This document shows positions 1 to 19,674 of a stretch of DNA of 64,000 nucleotides, in pieces. How positions within the stretch are numbered: the stretch's first letter is position 1; each line of letters opens with the position of its first letter. Made by a program: the position numbers and the translations under genes. The notes beneath the pieces are model-generated. The model was given only the letters and a program-made list of their open reading frames with translations. It did no database searches and had not been told where the DNA came from. The stretch spans positions 15,996,001-16,060,000 of the forward strand of contig CM022674.1 in NCBI GenBank assembly GCA_012295275.1, read 5' to 3'. The stretch is from Chrysomallon squamiferum (Eukaryota > Animalia > Mollusca).

Positions 1-34
1 ATCGATCAGTATGTCTATATATGTATATATAGGT

Positions 35-79
<45 letters not shown>

Positions 80-580
80 TATATTAAATCCAATATCACT
101 AAAATACAAGGCCAACAAACATGAACCGTTTGATTGCTCTAACAATAGCTAGTTGTCGTCATTTCAGCGTTGTTTGTACCCACACAACACATACACAGGC
201 AGATTGGAGCGGCTAAATAAATATGTATATATCAGTGCAACAAAAAAAGCAAACATTTTTTGAAAACAAATGATGAAATTTGTGGTGATATCTTTCTTTT
301 TTAATTACAAACATCTTATTATTATTATTATTATTATTATTTTTTTTTTTTTTTTTCATATTTTGTAATACAAAGTTATAAATCTAATTTAAAGAAAATA
401 TAAATGAAACAAAAAACCCAAAGAAACAAAGAAAGAATGAAACAGCTAGGAGATTTGACTTTTTTATTTTCAAAATACTGTTTGAATTTGGATTTATCTA
501 CGCTAATTAAAGGTGCATTCGCGAATGATGTTGTTCTTATCCATGAACATCGGCTCACAGTTGTCTCCCTTTTTCATAAT

Positions 581-723
<143 letters not shown>

Positions 724-1518
724 GTCTGCCTTCTAAGATATTCCAAGACAATATTCCTGTTTATTTTTACCAAATGGTCTAACTTCAGGTATCTGAAGAG
801 ACACTGCACTGGATCTTGCATTTATATTATATTTGGATCTAGTTAATTTGAAAACAGTACTTAGGTAACCTGGGATTGTGCTGTTTTGAATAATATGGAG
901 AAGATTTAGTTTGATTTGTTTGGAACTGAGTTCCATCCGGCAACATATTTATCAGTCTAATCTCATTTTGCTCCAATATATTTGCGAGGGGTTGACTTCA
1001 AAAATAAACTCAACATTTTTATTTTGCGTTTAGTATTTCTTCGTCAGTACAACACACCAAGATGAGCTGGAAAAGCCAAAATGAAGTTAGCATGCAGTTT
1101 TATTCCTATATATAGGTATATTATTTTTTCTTTCAAATGGAAGAATATTGTTTATATTTTAATAGATCTTCATGGATTTTTTTCTTAGTTACTCTGTATG
1201 GTGACCTTCTATGGTCATTTCCGTTTTGTCAATAACAGAAAATATATATATGTATATATATAGGTCGAACTTAATGAAAAAGTAGAATATATTGTTCATA
1301 TAAAGTTGTCGTTTTATTGACGGATGGGGAGTCACTCCAGTTTATAAGTAGGTGAGCGAAACAGACGTTTAAAAATTAAATAAAGTACGAAAGAGAGTAC
1401 AGAATGAAAAATGATGTTAAAAACACCCCTAATCGGTCGGATTATCCCATTGTATTTTAAACCGAGTATAAAAGCTCAGTTTATAAACTATGTCAAAAAA
1501 CTAAATAAAAATATAGCC

Positions 1519-1590
<72 letters not shown>

Positions 1591-1739
1591 TAGCTAAATG
1601 AAGTTCATATTTAGATGCCCTATATATAGATTTATTAATGTTATATGATAATAACTTATGTGTGTGATTACAAGCATCCCCAGCTTCATCACCCCCATCA
1701 TGTGTTGGTACACTAACCGTCTTTTTACATTGTAACTTC

Positions 1740-3055
1740 TGTTGCTTCGACTTATTCTAATATTGTATTATAACGTTATCCAGTTGATTTTTCAGGTGTT
1801 TCGGAGGCGGTTAAATAATTGACAGGAGTCAAATTGATGTTGACTTTTGCTAGAGCATTACTGAAGTTAAGTCTGTCCTTTTCGTATTTAGGACAGTAGA
1901 AAAGATAGTGTCTGACGTTGTATAGTTTATGGAATGTGTCGCATTTGTCCATTAGCCTGTGTTGGAGTCTGTGTCTGAAGTCGTTTAGTCCAAAAGTTAC
2001 TCCCACTCTGAGGCGGGTTAAAGTTTGAGTTGTTTTGTTGTTGACTGAGAGTGGGCTGGGAGAGTTTACTTGTGGCTTAATGATACAGTGTCGTAGTCTG
2101 GTTCTGTTGTCCCAGCGTTTTTGCCAAAATTGTATTAGACTGTTGTGCGCTATGGTCATAATTTCATTACAGTTGTATTTACTTTTAAAGTCAATTGTTC
2201 TGTCTTCTAGGGACTTTTTAGCGTTTGTTTCTGCTAGATCATTTCCAACAACACCCACAGGAGCGGGTACCCACTCGAAGGTGACTTTGTGTCCTTTTTA
2301 AGTGAAACAGTTGGCAATGTCGATGATCTCTTTAATATACTGGGAGCTGCTAAATTTGAGTTTGAGCAGAGCTTGCAGTGAGCTGAGGGAGTCAGTATGA
2401 TTTTTTATTTTTTATTTATTTATTTTTTTATTTTTTTTGTGGTGTTTGTCACCTAAGTTTAAGTTAGGACCCATTTAAGCAATGTGAGGATAGCAATTAG
2501 TTCCGTAGTAAAGATGAATAGATTGTTAAGCAGTCTACTTCTTTAGTTGAAGGGTGGGTCGGGTAGTTCCTGACTGACATGAAAGGACATGCTGGTTCTT
2601 CACGTGAGAGGGTCCTTGTAAGTGAAGTCAGAGTAATAGTCATGTAAGGCTGCTTTAAAGATTATATTTTTAAATGGGTCGTGTTCAGTTTTTGAGACTT
2701 CATGTTCAATATATGTCTAGTGGTTTTACAGTCCACTGGGGTTCCAAGGGCAGGGACTTACGTTCTAGATCTAAATCCAGTAAATTCAGGCTATTTGGCG
2801 TCCTGTGTGTTATATTTAATGATGAGAGAGATCCTGGCAATAATGTGTAAAGCGTTATTGTATGCGGTTGAGCTGCTATTCATATGGTATCCATACTGGA
2901 GTCTCGATACTATCCAGTTATGTTCAGTGTTATAGGAGGCCAGCATTCGGAGGTGATCGCTGAGTTTGTTAAGGACTGTCCATTCACAGTTATAGGCCAT
3001 TCTTTCAGACACTATTGTGATATCAAGGCATGACGAGGTGTTGAGGCGTGCCATC
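1740..3055 (-). mobile_element. Decayed 3' portion of an RNase H-containing non-LTR retrotransposon (I/Nimb/Ingi-like)
   Basis: Minus-strand translations give SRLQYG (post-RT), FIFTTELIAIL, HTDSLSSLQAL and WVPAPVGVVGNDLA..AK (RNase H), then TRLRVGVT and CDT..NVRHYLFYCPKY (C-terminal zinc finger). Stops and frameshifts are present. Confidence 0.8.
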
Positions 3056-3109
3056 GTTTATAGATGTGTGTTTTTTAAGGTCACCAGAGGTGGTTTCTGC
3101 TATTGAAAT

Positions 3110-3404
3110 CACCCAGTATAATTATTACAACTGATTTCAGACGACATCGTAACGACAAGTAAACGACTTTTGTTTAACTAAGTCGTCATATTGACATCTT
3201 CGGGAACATGGCCATGAATTATAATATATAACCGTATATAATAATAATAATAATAATCATCATCATCATCATCATAATATTAGCACACACACATATTATA
3301 TATATAACCGTTTTAGTTTAAGAAACGCATGGTTGTGTCTAAAACACGAATTAAAAAAATGGAGAGGTTAAACAATAATCCTAAACTTCACCATGAGAGA
3401 GAGA

Positions 3405-3443
<39 letters not shown>

Positions 3444-3453
3444 ATTATTATTA

Positions 3454-3497
<44 letters not shown>

Positions 3498-3626
3498 CAG
3501 TTATATATTATAATTCATGACCATGTTCCCGAAGATGTAAACATGAACACTTAGTTAAACAAAAGTCGTTTACCGGTCGTTACGATGTCGTTTGAAGTCT
3601 GTCGTAACAAAGAGAATCACTGTGTG
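3110..3626. mobile_element. Foldback/MITE-like element with ~130-bp terminal inverted repeats
   Basis: 3125-3250 (ttacaactgatttcagacgacatcgtaacgac...cgggaacatggccatgaattataatatataacc) is the reverse complement of 3485-3607. The interior is microsatellite-rich and non-coding. Confidence 0.7.
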
Positions 3627-3923
3627 GTTATTTTGTTAACTACTCATGCGATGTTCTTTTCGTGCAGTGCTTAATTTTGATCACTAAATTTACCCTGTGG
3701 TCAAAAGTTATACTATTTTACCGATATCAACACGGAATCAGTTCATAAATTTCGACCTGTCTGGTGGACTAATAGTCATTTTCCAGTGAAAGATGGCTGG
3801 CGAACCCAAGAAGATGGTTCATAAAACGCATCAAAATGTCATAGACAGGAAATATAATCATTAGCGGATGATGTTAGTGATAATTAACATATGATTTTTA
3901 TGTAGTATGCTTAAAATTTATGA

Positions 3924-3984
<61 letters not shown>

Positions 3985-6421
3985 CAAGCGTACAAAAGCC
4001 CGCAGAAAACAATATTTCACACACACATCTTTTATATCCGTCTTCTCTCCCTCTAACACACATTCACACGCACACACGCACAAACACACATAACACACAT
4101 TATTAGAAACAAACACGCACAGACACACACACACACACACACACACAAATACCCCTCCTGTTTCACTTTAGAACGCATGATAATAATAATAATAATAATA
4201 ATAAGAATGTCTGACATACATACATGTAAACATGTACACTATCTTTCACATATAGACATACATATAAAACATGTATTCTATCTTTCACACACATACATTC
4301 ATACAAACATATACATTATTTTTCACGTATATAAATACGTATAAACATGTACATTATGTTTCATACACATAATACATATACATAAACATGTCAATTATCT
4401 TTGACAAGTATATATACACATAAACATGAACACTCTTTCTCATACATATACATGCATATAAACATGTACACTGTCTTTCACACACATACACAGATAGCAA
4501 AAACGCGCCTACACTATACACTGTCTCAAACACACACATATTCGTACATATCCACTGATTTTATATTCATACACATAAATACTCCAACTCATCCATACAC
4601 ACATAAACACACACACTAACAGATGTTTGTTATATAAATGCGTTCAATTACATAATCACTCATGCTTTAACATTTCAAATAAAGGTGAATAGTATATACT
4701 GTGTATAACTTTAAGAAAGGGAGATAAGTAAGGCATCAACTAATAAAAAAAAATTCGAGAAATTATATTTTGCAACGATTTTGTTTTGTTTTAACAGTAA
4801 CACGGTCGCACACAATGAAACACGGACACACAAAAACACACACGATACAGAAACACAAACTGATACCTACAAAGACACAGAGCAACATACACAAATACAC
4901 AGTGACATACGCAAATGCGTACGCCTTTCCTCTTCTTATTATTTATTTCTTGATCAGAAGCGTTTAAAAAAAAAAAAAAAAACCTGCTTCTCGAAGAAGG
5001 TGATTTAAATTTACTGCATTATATTTCTGTAAAAAGTAAAACAGATTAAAAATCAATTCATTTTAATTTAAAAAGGACAGCAATATAATAACAACAACAA
5101 CAATAATAATAATAATATATAAAGTTATATAAAATTCAATACATTATGATCTTAAGGTTCAAACACTTGTATGTAACATTGTAGATCAGTAAATAAATCT
5201 GATTGTAATTTAAAACAAATGTGTTGTTATTTCATCTTCTCAATCTTCTTATGTAAGAACTGATTTTTAATGTTCCACTACCGTCTGTGTGGGTGTGTGT
5301 CTTTTGTGTATGTGTGTATGTATGCAATGCACTCTAATTCATTTGGGACCAATCATAGCTACAGGTTCAGACAGAGTGCCGGCTTGTACAAATTAAAATG
5401 ACACGAAATATATTTTATTTCTAATGTTATTGTTATTCGTCTATCAAGTGGCGTCTGAGAAACAGTCTGTCATCGACGACAGCGGTTTCTTCTTTCTTTT
5501 TTTCTACTTTTTCTTTTCGTGTTTCTCTCAAAAACAAATATCTCTGTCATGGCCTCCATGTTTAACATCAGTTGCAAAATGTGCTATCGATAGAAGCAGC
5601 GAACTATTTAATTTCTTTTATCATTTTAAGAATAAGAGTGTAAGAAATGTCGGTCACTGCATCATTGTGTGTATCGTCAATCGATTCAGATTTTTGAATT
5701 TGTCGGGTCCTCACTCCTTGCCGAAATATCAGTTCTGCACAACAGTTGGTGATTGTCACTTTGTTTTATAATGTCAAATATTTCCTGACTTTGTTTTTTA
5801 AATTGACTTGCCAGGGTCCAAGCGAGGGATCGACTTCTTCTTAGTATTAACCAGTGGCAAAGTCTAGTCGCCTGCTTTTTTCTTTTTATTTATTTATTTA
5901 TTTATTATTTGGAAAAAGATCACTTGAAAGTTGAATCTATCGACACATTTTTCCTCCATTTTGTCCGATGATCTCCTTGTCACATTCTGCGATCAGTCAG
6001 CGGACTTTCGTTATTTCTGTCAAATGCATTGTTTAGTGTTGTGATTAGAGTTTGACAATAAACACAGTTCTTCAAAACGTGTATACAAATTAATTTTATT
6101 GAGATTCACACGATAAATGATATAATTGCCTGAACACGTTGTGTATGCATTAATTTGCTAACGGCCCTTTTGTATTAGAAACAAAACATCGATGTATATA
6201 TTGTAATGTTTAATTTTATGTTTGTGACAATAGCGTGGCATTTGAAAGTTCGATACTTTGCCGTTTTTTAGGTCGTTTTGCGATGAATTCAATAAAAGAA
6301 AGCATATGTGCGTTATACGTATTTATTTAGACCTCTGCTTTTGACACTTAATCTAAATGAGTGAATTCACTTAGGTATTAACACACTATTAACGATCTTG
6401 TTCATTTAGCTGCGTGAAGGG

Positions 6422-6731
6422 CATAGGTTTTCAACCTGACGGTCGCGACCTCCAGAAGGGTCGCCAGACTTTTCTCTGGGGGTCGCGAGATCATTATTGA
6501 GTGAGGGTATGTTTTAGTTTTTTTCAACTTCACTTGGAAGGAGGAATAAATAAAATCGTGTAGATAGGTTTGTGACACGTCATAGTGAATATAGATTCCT
6601 TTTGTACTGACTTTGGTTGATGAAAATATGGTAACCTTAGTTTCATTTGAATCAAAATTTTAAAAGAGAGCTATCGCTCATATTGAGTTGCTCATACGGG
6701 TTCGCTGTATGAAAAAGATTGAAAACAAGTC
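6422..6731 (+). mobile_element. hAT-type MITE (copy in unit A)
   Basis: Starts cataggttttcaacct..ggtcgcgacc and ends agattgaaaacaagtc (degenerate TIR). Orthologous to 58397-58689. Confidence 0.6.
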
Positions 6732-6863
6732 TCTCGTACAGCATTCTTCTTGTAGAGGTGATTATCTAATTTAACTTGGAGCGTACCCCTCTGCGACAAT
6801 AAATACTCCAATTTCCGAAGTCCAGCCATGGTGCAAGTATCATGATTTGACATTCCACAGTTG

Positions 6864-6894
<31 letters not shown>

Positions 6895-7510
6895 GCAAAT
6901 GTCTCAAAAAGTACTAAATGAATAAACTCACTATAATCTGAGTACAGTACTTGACAATTGGAATTCTGTTATATATGTTTCATTGCTATATCAAAACATA
7001 TCTCCTTCAAAATCCTTTCCATGTAACTGGGGTAACCATGACCACATGCTGCCCAACGGAGTTGTGACTACATCAGTTGACCAAGACAAATTGATCATTC
7101 TCCCAACGCAGGAGTACCCAGCTTACTTACTGCTTGACTGCTTTCCAAATTGTATGACTACTGACCATGTGACTGTTGGCAGGATACCGCGTATATGAAG
7201 AAGCTTGGCATCACTGTTTATTACGATTTCAGAAAGTGCGATCATTTCATCTAGTGCACGCGGTAGTCTAATTACGTGCTGATTGTTGGCATTGTTTAAG
7301 AAATGATCGTACGTGAAATAACTGTGTGCCGTTGTTGATAAACGTAATTACTATATACAATGTTTCTTTATTCTGGAATTTTGCACCAAATATCCAAAGT
7401 AGAGAGATTCGGATTGTTCAAAGTTTTGTTCATATTATATTAAAGTTAGCCTGAGAATTTCTTCCTATTTTCATAACTGTTTTGTACAGTATATTTTTTC
7501 TTTATTTTAC

Positions 7511-7684
<174 letters not shown>

Positions 7685-8281
7685 TACAGTTATAGGATCT
7701 GCTCTGGAATCCTGTCTCACAACATCTTTATGTATTACACGCTGCATGCAGAAAACAAAAACATTACAGAAACTAAATAATAAAACTTGATTTTTATGTC
7801 GATATAATTTTTATATAAACACAAATTAAATCCAGAAATAAACGATGGAAAAATTTATGATACAAAACAAATTTATTTGCATTTTGTTTATATACATCTT
7901 ATACATAAACAAGCAAACAGTAAATTCGAAACATAATCTAATTTACTTAGATATTTAATATAAATCTTAAGAAAAGAAAATTGATAAATAAATCAATAAC
8001 AGTTCTTGTATCTCATGTCCATCAGTCAGTAAGTACATATATAATTTATCTACATTTTATTTTATATACATTTTAAAGCGAAATAAAAAAAGTACAAATG
8101 AAGCAAGAAATAGTTAATAAAACTACGTCTTATATACAAACTAAGAACATTAGATATACTTAAATAAATAAATAAATATAAAAGCAATTAGATATTAATA
8201 TACATTTTACAAGTATCTGTTTGACACAAATCAGTCCAACAGAAAATTTCAAATCAAATCTATTACGTCATCAGGAGAACG

Positions 8282-8324
<43 letters not shown>

Positions 8325-8405
8325 ATATATAAATAAATAAATAAATACATAAAAATATTAGGCCAGTGATGACTAAAACTGACAATGTTTGAACGATGTT
8401 GTTTT

Positions 8406-9630
8406 TTACACTAAAAATAACAATGCAGGTATTTGTCCTATTAACACACGTGTACTACCAAGTTGTCTGTCACTGTGTTTAGATTTGTGTGAGTCAGAAA
8501 ATCTACAAACAAAAGAGTCTACAACAATTTCTGATTTACCTTTACGTCCACACCATGAGTCTCCTCCCTTAACAGTAACAAACAAGCTGTACTCAGTGTT
8601 TTTAGTAATCTTCACTGGACGTCTGAACACGACGTCATACACGTCAGACACGACGTGTTCATATCTCTGTGTCAGCGTAGACCCATCCTGTATTTCGTCT
8701 GTTGTTGTGTCAGTGACGAATGCTCTGACATCGTAGTTTCGTGCTTGACGGTGACCGTACAACTGAAATCCGCGAAGTAAAGCGATTTTGTTGACAGAGA
8801 AAGTAATGGCTTGATCTATTTTACCAGAATTGGACCAGATATCAGGATATGTTCTACCAAACCGGTTTATTGTAATCTGTGTTTTCATCATTGCAGTTCT
8901 CTTGTTTGAGTTAAAAGGTGAAACATCTTCATCACTCTTCTCCCAGTGTCCCCAAATCTTGTTCTCTTCTGTGTCACTGAGTATGTTAGTGGGTGTCACG
9001 TGTTCTACAAAATACGTCTGATCGAGTAATGGATAACGCACGTGCTTCACGGCCGCTCCCAGTTCTTCGCGCCTGTTCTGACCATTCGTCTCTTTTCCTT
9101 GCTTCCTACACGCGCTGTCAGCCCACTTCACAACGGCTTCAAAAACATTTTTCTCGTCTGCTGTCAGTTCGTCTGATCGTACGATCTCAACCAGACATTC
9201 GTGACAAAGTTCGGTGACTTCATCTGACTTCAGAACTTCGTCGCCATTTTCTAAAAGGTAGTCAAGAGTTTTTTTTCTTAGATCATATTTATCAAACAGG
9301 TGAGCTTTTTCCAGCACGACGCACGCAGTCTCTGATGACAACGACGACTCCAAATAGCGCACGCACTGATCGTCCAGTGTTGTAACGAAGTACTTCCTCG
9401 ATAGATACAGCAGACCGGTGACGTTGTTGCCTGTTAGGACGACGTCATCCGTATAAAGATATCTGTGTAAAAGAATGTATAGGAAGACTTCAAAACGAGA
9501 GATAATTATGGGAGATTAATTAATTAGAAAATAATTAGATTACTAACAAAAACTGTATTGTTATCAACGTTCGTGTCGGTATGTATGATTCGTTACTCAC
9601 TATGTTCGCACCTGTGTAGCTGTGTGTTTC

Positions 9631-9674
<44 letters not shown>

Positions 9675-9946
9675 CGTGTGTTAACATACTTTAAAAACTC
9701 TGTAAAAATATCTGCCTGCACATCAGGCAACAGGATGGTGTTTTGTTCGCGAAGTTCTCCCATCAGCATCCTGTGGAAGACTTCGCTTCGTATCATAAGG
9801 ATAAACCGATGTGCATCCACAGTTTTTTCTTCTTCCCCAACAACAAATCTGACGTCGCTGTCTTTTCTCGTACGAAAAACGTGTTCAATACACTCCGTTA
9901 GTTTTTTCCCTGTCTGCCAACTTGAAACTTCTGCTGCGGTGGCCAT
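8406..9946 (-). CDS. BTB/POZ-BACK-PHR domain protein, BTBD1/2/3/6-like (copy A); join(9946..9690, 9462..8406), 437 aa
   Basis: ATG at 9946 follows an acceptor ttacag|TGAAAAC. Exon 1 encodes a BTB N-terminus (SDVRFVVGEEEKTVDAHRFILMIRSEVFHRM). A GT-AG phase-2 intron (9689..9463) joins FLK|YLYTDD in frame. Exon 2 encodes BACK (EKNVFEAVVKWA, VKHVRYPLL) and PHR (INRF..W..G..DQAITFSVNK, GFQLYG, GQIPALLF), ending in TAA. Confidence 0.93.
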
Positions 9947-9962
9947 GTTTTCACTGTAAACA

Positions 9963-10091
<129 letters not shown>

Positions 10092-10846
10092 TTTGAAATA
10101 TAATTTTTAAATGTAGTACACAGCCTCACACTGCAGTGACCAGTTTTCTATATTCACATCTAGCTATGACCTGTACATAGAAATATTTCAAAAACCAAAC
10201 ATTTTTATGTAAAAAAATAATCAACCTAAGATCATTTCTAACAAGCGACTACTTTCTGTTCAATACTGCGATCAGAAATCTTAAAATAAATAAATAAATA
10301 AAAGATAATGAAAGAAAGAAGAAAAAAAAAAAATCAAATATATACCAAATCGATAAAAGATAAAAAGAAGTACATTATGCTTACACTAGTGATAATTATG
10401 ATGACGACAACAACAATAATTATTATTATAATTATTTTTATACACAGACATATTTAACTGTGGGAGAAACGATTTTCAAATCGCAATGTACAAATGGTCA
10501 TTTATACGAATTTACTCCTCGAAAAGACAAAATAATTAAAGACAATAACAAATATAAAAAGAAACACTATATAAGAAAAAAGAATAATAAGTAAGGAAAA
10601 TCAAGGAACAAGATGTGATACTTTTGAAATATAAAACTATATAAAATACCTTGTAATTTCAACTTCCTGATCGACAATTTCTTATAAGTGACTATTTTCT
10701 ATCAACTCAGTAACAGATCACAGATGTCACCGATCTAAGAATAAATGAAATAAAATAAAATAATATAAAGTAAGCGATATATAACAAAAGGCGTGAAAAA
10801 AAAAAAAAAAGAGATATAATAGGATAGCAGTAGTAATAGTAGTAGC

Positions 10847-10879
<33 letters not shown>

Positions 10880-11111
10880 CAACAACAACAACAACAACAA
10901 CAATAACAGCATATTAAAGTCAGGATATACATAACTTCTATCATTTCAATTTAAAAAAACCTCACACTCAAGTAATCTATTTGTTAACTAAACCTGATAT
11001 ATTTAGTAATAAAATAAAAATACTGGAATCGTAAAATATAAGAAAATATAAAATTTTATACACGTTCAATATGGTCGACTACTTTAACTTCTGCTTTGTG
11101 TTGTTTTAGTT

Positions 11112-11188
11112 AGGAAACCCTCCACTGATAAACACGCGACTGACGTCAAATATCTTATACGTCATCAAGTGTTACGTTTCAGTTTCAG
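11112..11188 (-). promoter_or_regulatory. Putative proximal promoter of gene A with ISRE/IRF-like, TATA, CRE and kB-like motifs
   Basis: On the minus strand: GAAACTGAAAC (11186-11176), TATAAGA (~11159), TGACGTCA (11141-11148), TCAGT (~11127) and GAGGGTTTCC (~11122-11113). Confidence 0.4.
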
Positions 11189-12521
11189 ATTAAAATAAAC
11201 AAATCGTGCTGCGAGATATATGTACACTGATCTGATATAAATCTTCTTTACAATAAATTACTTCAATTCTAATTCAATAAATTAAATACTACTAGATGCC
11301 ATTGTTTATACCTAAATTATAAATTTAATAATAATAATAATAAAATAATAATAATAATAATTATAACAACAACAACAACAACATCAACATCATCAAAAAG
11401 AACAATAATAATAATAACAAATATTTTTTATAGTATACTGAATATGAATATACGAAGCTTGCATGACCAGTGTGTGAATGTAATCTTCTGTTTTCTTGTT
11501 ATCTGTCATATAAAAGTAGCGTAAATTACACGAGACACACAAAGATATACTCGGCTGTCATTTACAGCGATCTGACAAATTCATTGTTAATACACTGTCT
11601 GCCCATAAGTGTAGAAATAACCCGTGAAAATAAGAAATTATTTACATTTGTCATCATTGTGAGAAGATAAATAATTTCAACAACGACGAGAAAGACAACC
11701 AACAAACAAACTCGTAAATAGAAAATAATTCAATTTTATGAGATAATATTATCACATCCTCTTGTGGCACCTTCCATATACCAGATGAACAGTAAAAGTT
11801 ACAAGTCCAGGTCTACTACATATTTTTTCACATGTTTAACACTATAATGCAGTTTGTTGTATGTACATTAATAGCAGCGAGACAATGTTAATTTTTTTTT
11901 TTCCTTTTATTGTTTTCCACTGCAGATGAAAACAAATACCAAAACATTGTATACACAGGTTGGAACAGGTGATAGACCAATACAAACGTTAGTTAAGAAG
12001 GAAGGAATGATTGAAGAAACGAAGAAAGAAAGAATGAAAGGAACACACACAAAATAAAAGTATTTAAAAAAAATTAATAATAAAATAAAAGAAATTAAAT
12101 TAAATTAAATTAAAACAATATAAAATACTCACTGAAATCAGAGATCTATAAATAAAATAAAATAAAATGAAATAAAATAAATAAATATAGAAAGAAAGGA
12201 AAAAAAAAAAAGCTGTACAGTGTTTCTTTAGATGTGGAAAGGGATATAATATTTATAGACATTTCTATCTGCTCCTAAGGCAATTAATAACCAATATATG
12301 TGACAGTGATTTTGTTATCAATAGGTAAAACTCAATAGACTAAAAGTGCTAACCTCATGAAGAAAATAATAATAACAACAACAAAAAATAATAACAATAA
12401 CAACAACAAACAACAACAATAATAATTATAATTATAACTAAATCAATAAATAAAATTAACAAATAACAATATAAAAACACGCATATCCGAGAAAATTAAA
12501 ATTGGTCTTCGCAAAGTGTTC

Positions 12522-12634
<113 letters not shown>

Positions 12635-13944
12635 AAATGCAACTTTCATAAGTTCTTACCAGGTTGGATAATTTCTAACAAGGAGATGTCAATCAGACTG
12701 TGTTGCCGTGGAAACCAGTTTTCAGTTGTATGAGACAAACACACAAATACGTGATCTAATATACCCGCTTTAAGAGAACTTTGACCATCTCGTGATGGAG
12801 ATAAAACTCAGGTGAGGTATGTCAGTTTCAAACCATTGCCTTATTTAGTAAACTGATAATTGCATACGTCAATTAGAAAAGATTACTAATCAACAATACA
12901 CATTTAATCTTTTCTGTTTGACACGAAGTAAAACATCCAGGTCCGGGTTTGTTTAAATAACGGGTGGGGGTATGGTATTTATATATTTAGTTATTACAAC
13001 CACTGTTACCTGTAATATTACAGCTACTACAACATTGTTTGTACTGACTTGTATTAAATTTTACAAGTAGAACAAGCAACCACAGCTACTACTACAACCA
13101 TTATTACTACTGTTACTACTAAAATACTATTACTAAAACTGCTAATAGTACTGTTGCTGCTACAGCTTTACTACCACTACTAATATCAATACCATTAAAC
13201 TATTATTAGTACTACAATTACTTTAACTTCTGTTACTATATTTTATAATACTACTTCTAATTCTATCACTACTACCACTGTCAGTACTTTTACTGTTAGC
13301 TGCTACTGCTACTACAATTACTACTACTACCATACCGTTACTAGCGCTACTAATACTACAGTTGTTAATACTAATCCAACTGCTAAAATGTTGCTGCTGC
13401 TAAAACTTCTACTACTACTACTACTAATACTACTGCTACTACTACTACTACTACTGCTACTACTACTACTACTACTACTACTATAACTATTACTACAACA
13501 ACTGCTGTTAGTGTTACTGCTGATACTATTGTCTTGTAAATTTAAATTTCTTTATGATCAGATTTTTCTTTGTTTAATATTAACAATATTATTTTTTTTA
13601 ATCTATTTAAATATAGTTATATGTGTTCAACTCCTATATAATTAATCTATTACTAAAACACGTGTTAGTGATAACATAACCTACTAATCTGTTTTGTCAA
13701 GAGTAAAGTTTATTTGGCTATCTTAAATTTATTACCTACAGATACACTCAGTACAAGTCCACTTTCTACACTCACATGCACACGCGCACACACAAGTGTG
13801 TTTATGTGTATATATCAAACAAAATAATTAAACATTCAGATATGTGTTTATGTATATATCAAAAAAAAAAATAATAAAACATTCAATATGGTGAATAAGA
13901 AAAATAATAATAATAATAATAATAATAAATAATAATGATAAAAC

Positions 13945-14449
13945 ACACATAGAGATATACAGACAAAAAGTCGCACACACATACACATACACTTAGAGAC
14001 ACACACATACATACACACAGACACGCAGACACATACACAGACACACATTCATACACACAGACATAAACACAGACATACAAACAAAACAGGAATATGCATA
14101 TACAGACACACACATTCATACACACAGACACAAAACACACACACACACAAACAAAACAGAGAATACATCATATACACACAGACACATAGATACACACAGA
14201 AACAAACACACACATACACACACACAGAATATACATACATAGACACACACACAGACACACACATACACACACACACAGACACACATACACACACACACCA
14301 CATACATACAACACATATACATATACAAACACACACATACATACACACAGACATACACACACACATACACACACACACACAGACAGACACACATACACAC
14401 AGACAGATACACACACACACATACACATATACACACAGACATACAGATA

Positions 14450-14460
<11 letters not shown>
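13945..14460. repeat. Degenerate CA-rich low-complexity tract
   Basis: Interrupted (AC)n/(ACAT)/(ACAG) runs. This tract is the source of the spurious CV-rich ORFs. Confidence 0.9.
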
Positions 14461-18830
<4,370 letters not shown>

Positions 18831-19383
18831 GTGTGCTTATCTTTCTATGTCAGTATGTGTGTATATATGTTGTGTCTGAGTATGCATTATGAAGATGATG
18901 ATGATGATGATGATAATAATCATAATAATAATAATAATAATATAAATGTTTGCTTTGTTGATGTTATCGGCTGTAGTGTATTGAATTTTACCCGTGATAA
19001 TAATGTCGGTGTCAGGTATATCGACTATTAAGCTGATTGTTTTAGGTGCAGATGGAATGTATGTAAATTCTATATCTTTTCAAGTCTAAGCAAACACTGT
19101 ACAACTTTTTAATAGTCCTTTTAAACATCCAGAATATTTGTTGAATATGAACACACACGCTCACACGCTCACACACACAATATCAAACAGTAATTAAACA
19201 TGTAGATAATGTGTGTGAATAATATATATATCTATATATATATGTTGGTAAATACAGTAAATAAATAAACTACCAATATATGCAAATATTAAATTTCTCT
19301 TTAACTATTCCTAACACCCTCTCACGTAAAATACGCGACGACGAACTCATAAAGGTAGTTTTTAAATTTTAGATTTAAGATAA

Positions 19384-19674
19384 TTAGCTATGGGAGATTA
19401 TTTTGTATGAAACAAAGTTTTTGAATGTCTCAGCCTCGACTGGCTTATCTCGCTCTTTGATGAGTGCAGGAAAGTTGTACACAAGACAGCAAGGAAAACG
19501 CGAGGTCTGAGGAAGAACAAGCGACAAGCGGTGATTTAAACAACCTGGCGAGTACTTTTGATGAACAAACAGGTCACTGGAGAGGAGATTTAAACTTTGA
19601 CCTTGCTCTGATAACTTTGATAAGTGTTTGACAGCGGGATCAGTAACTTTTCTCACTTTTGATACCGTCATCAT
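19384..19674 (-). mobile_element. Possible 3' end of a CR1/L2-like LINE ORF2
   Basis: The ORF ends in NHRLSLVLPQ...YNFP..ETFKNFVSY, resembling the HRLxxLLP...TERFKNSF C-terminus of these elements. Confidence 0.35.

Noticed and set aside
8389-9217. Antisense ORFs overlapping the BTB genes, conserved in all copies
   Set aside because: Shadows of the coding strand, conserved only because the copies are recent.
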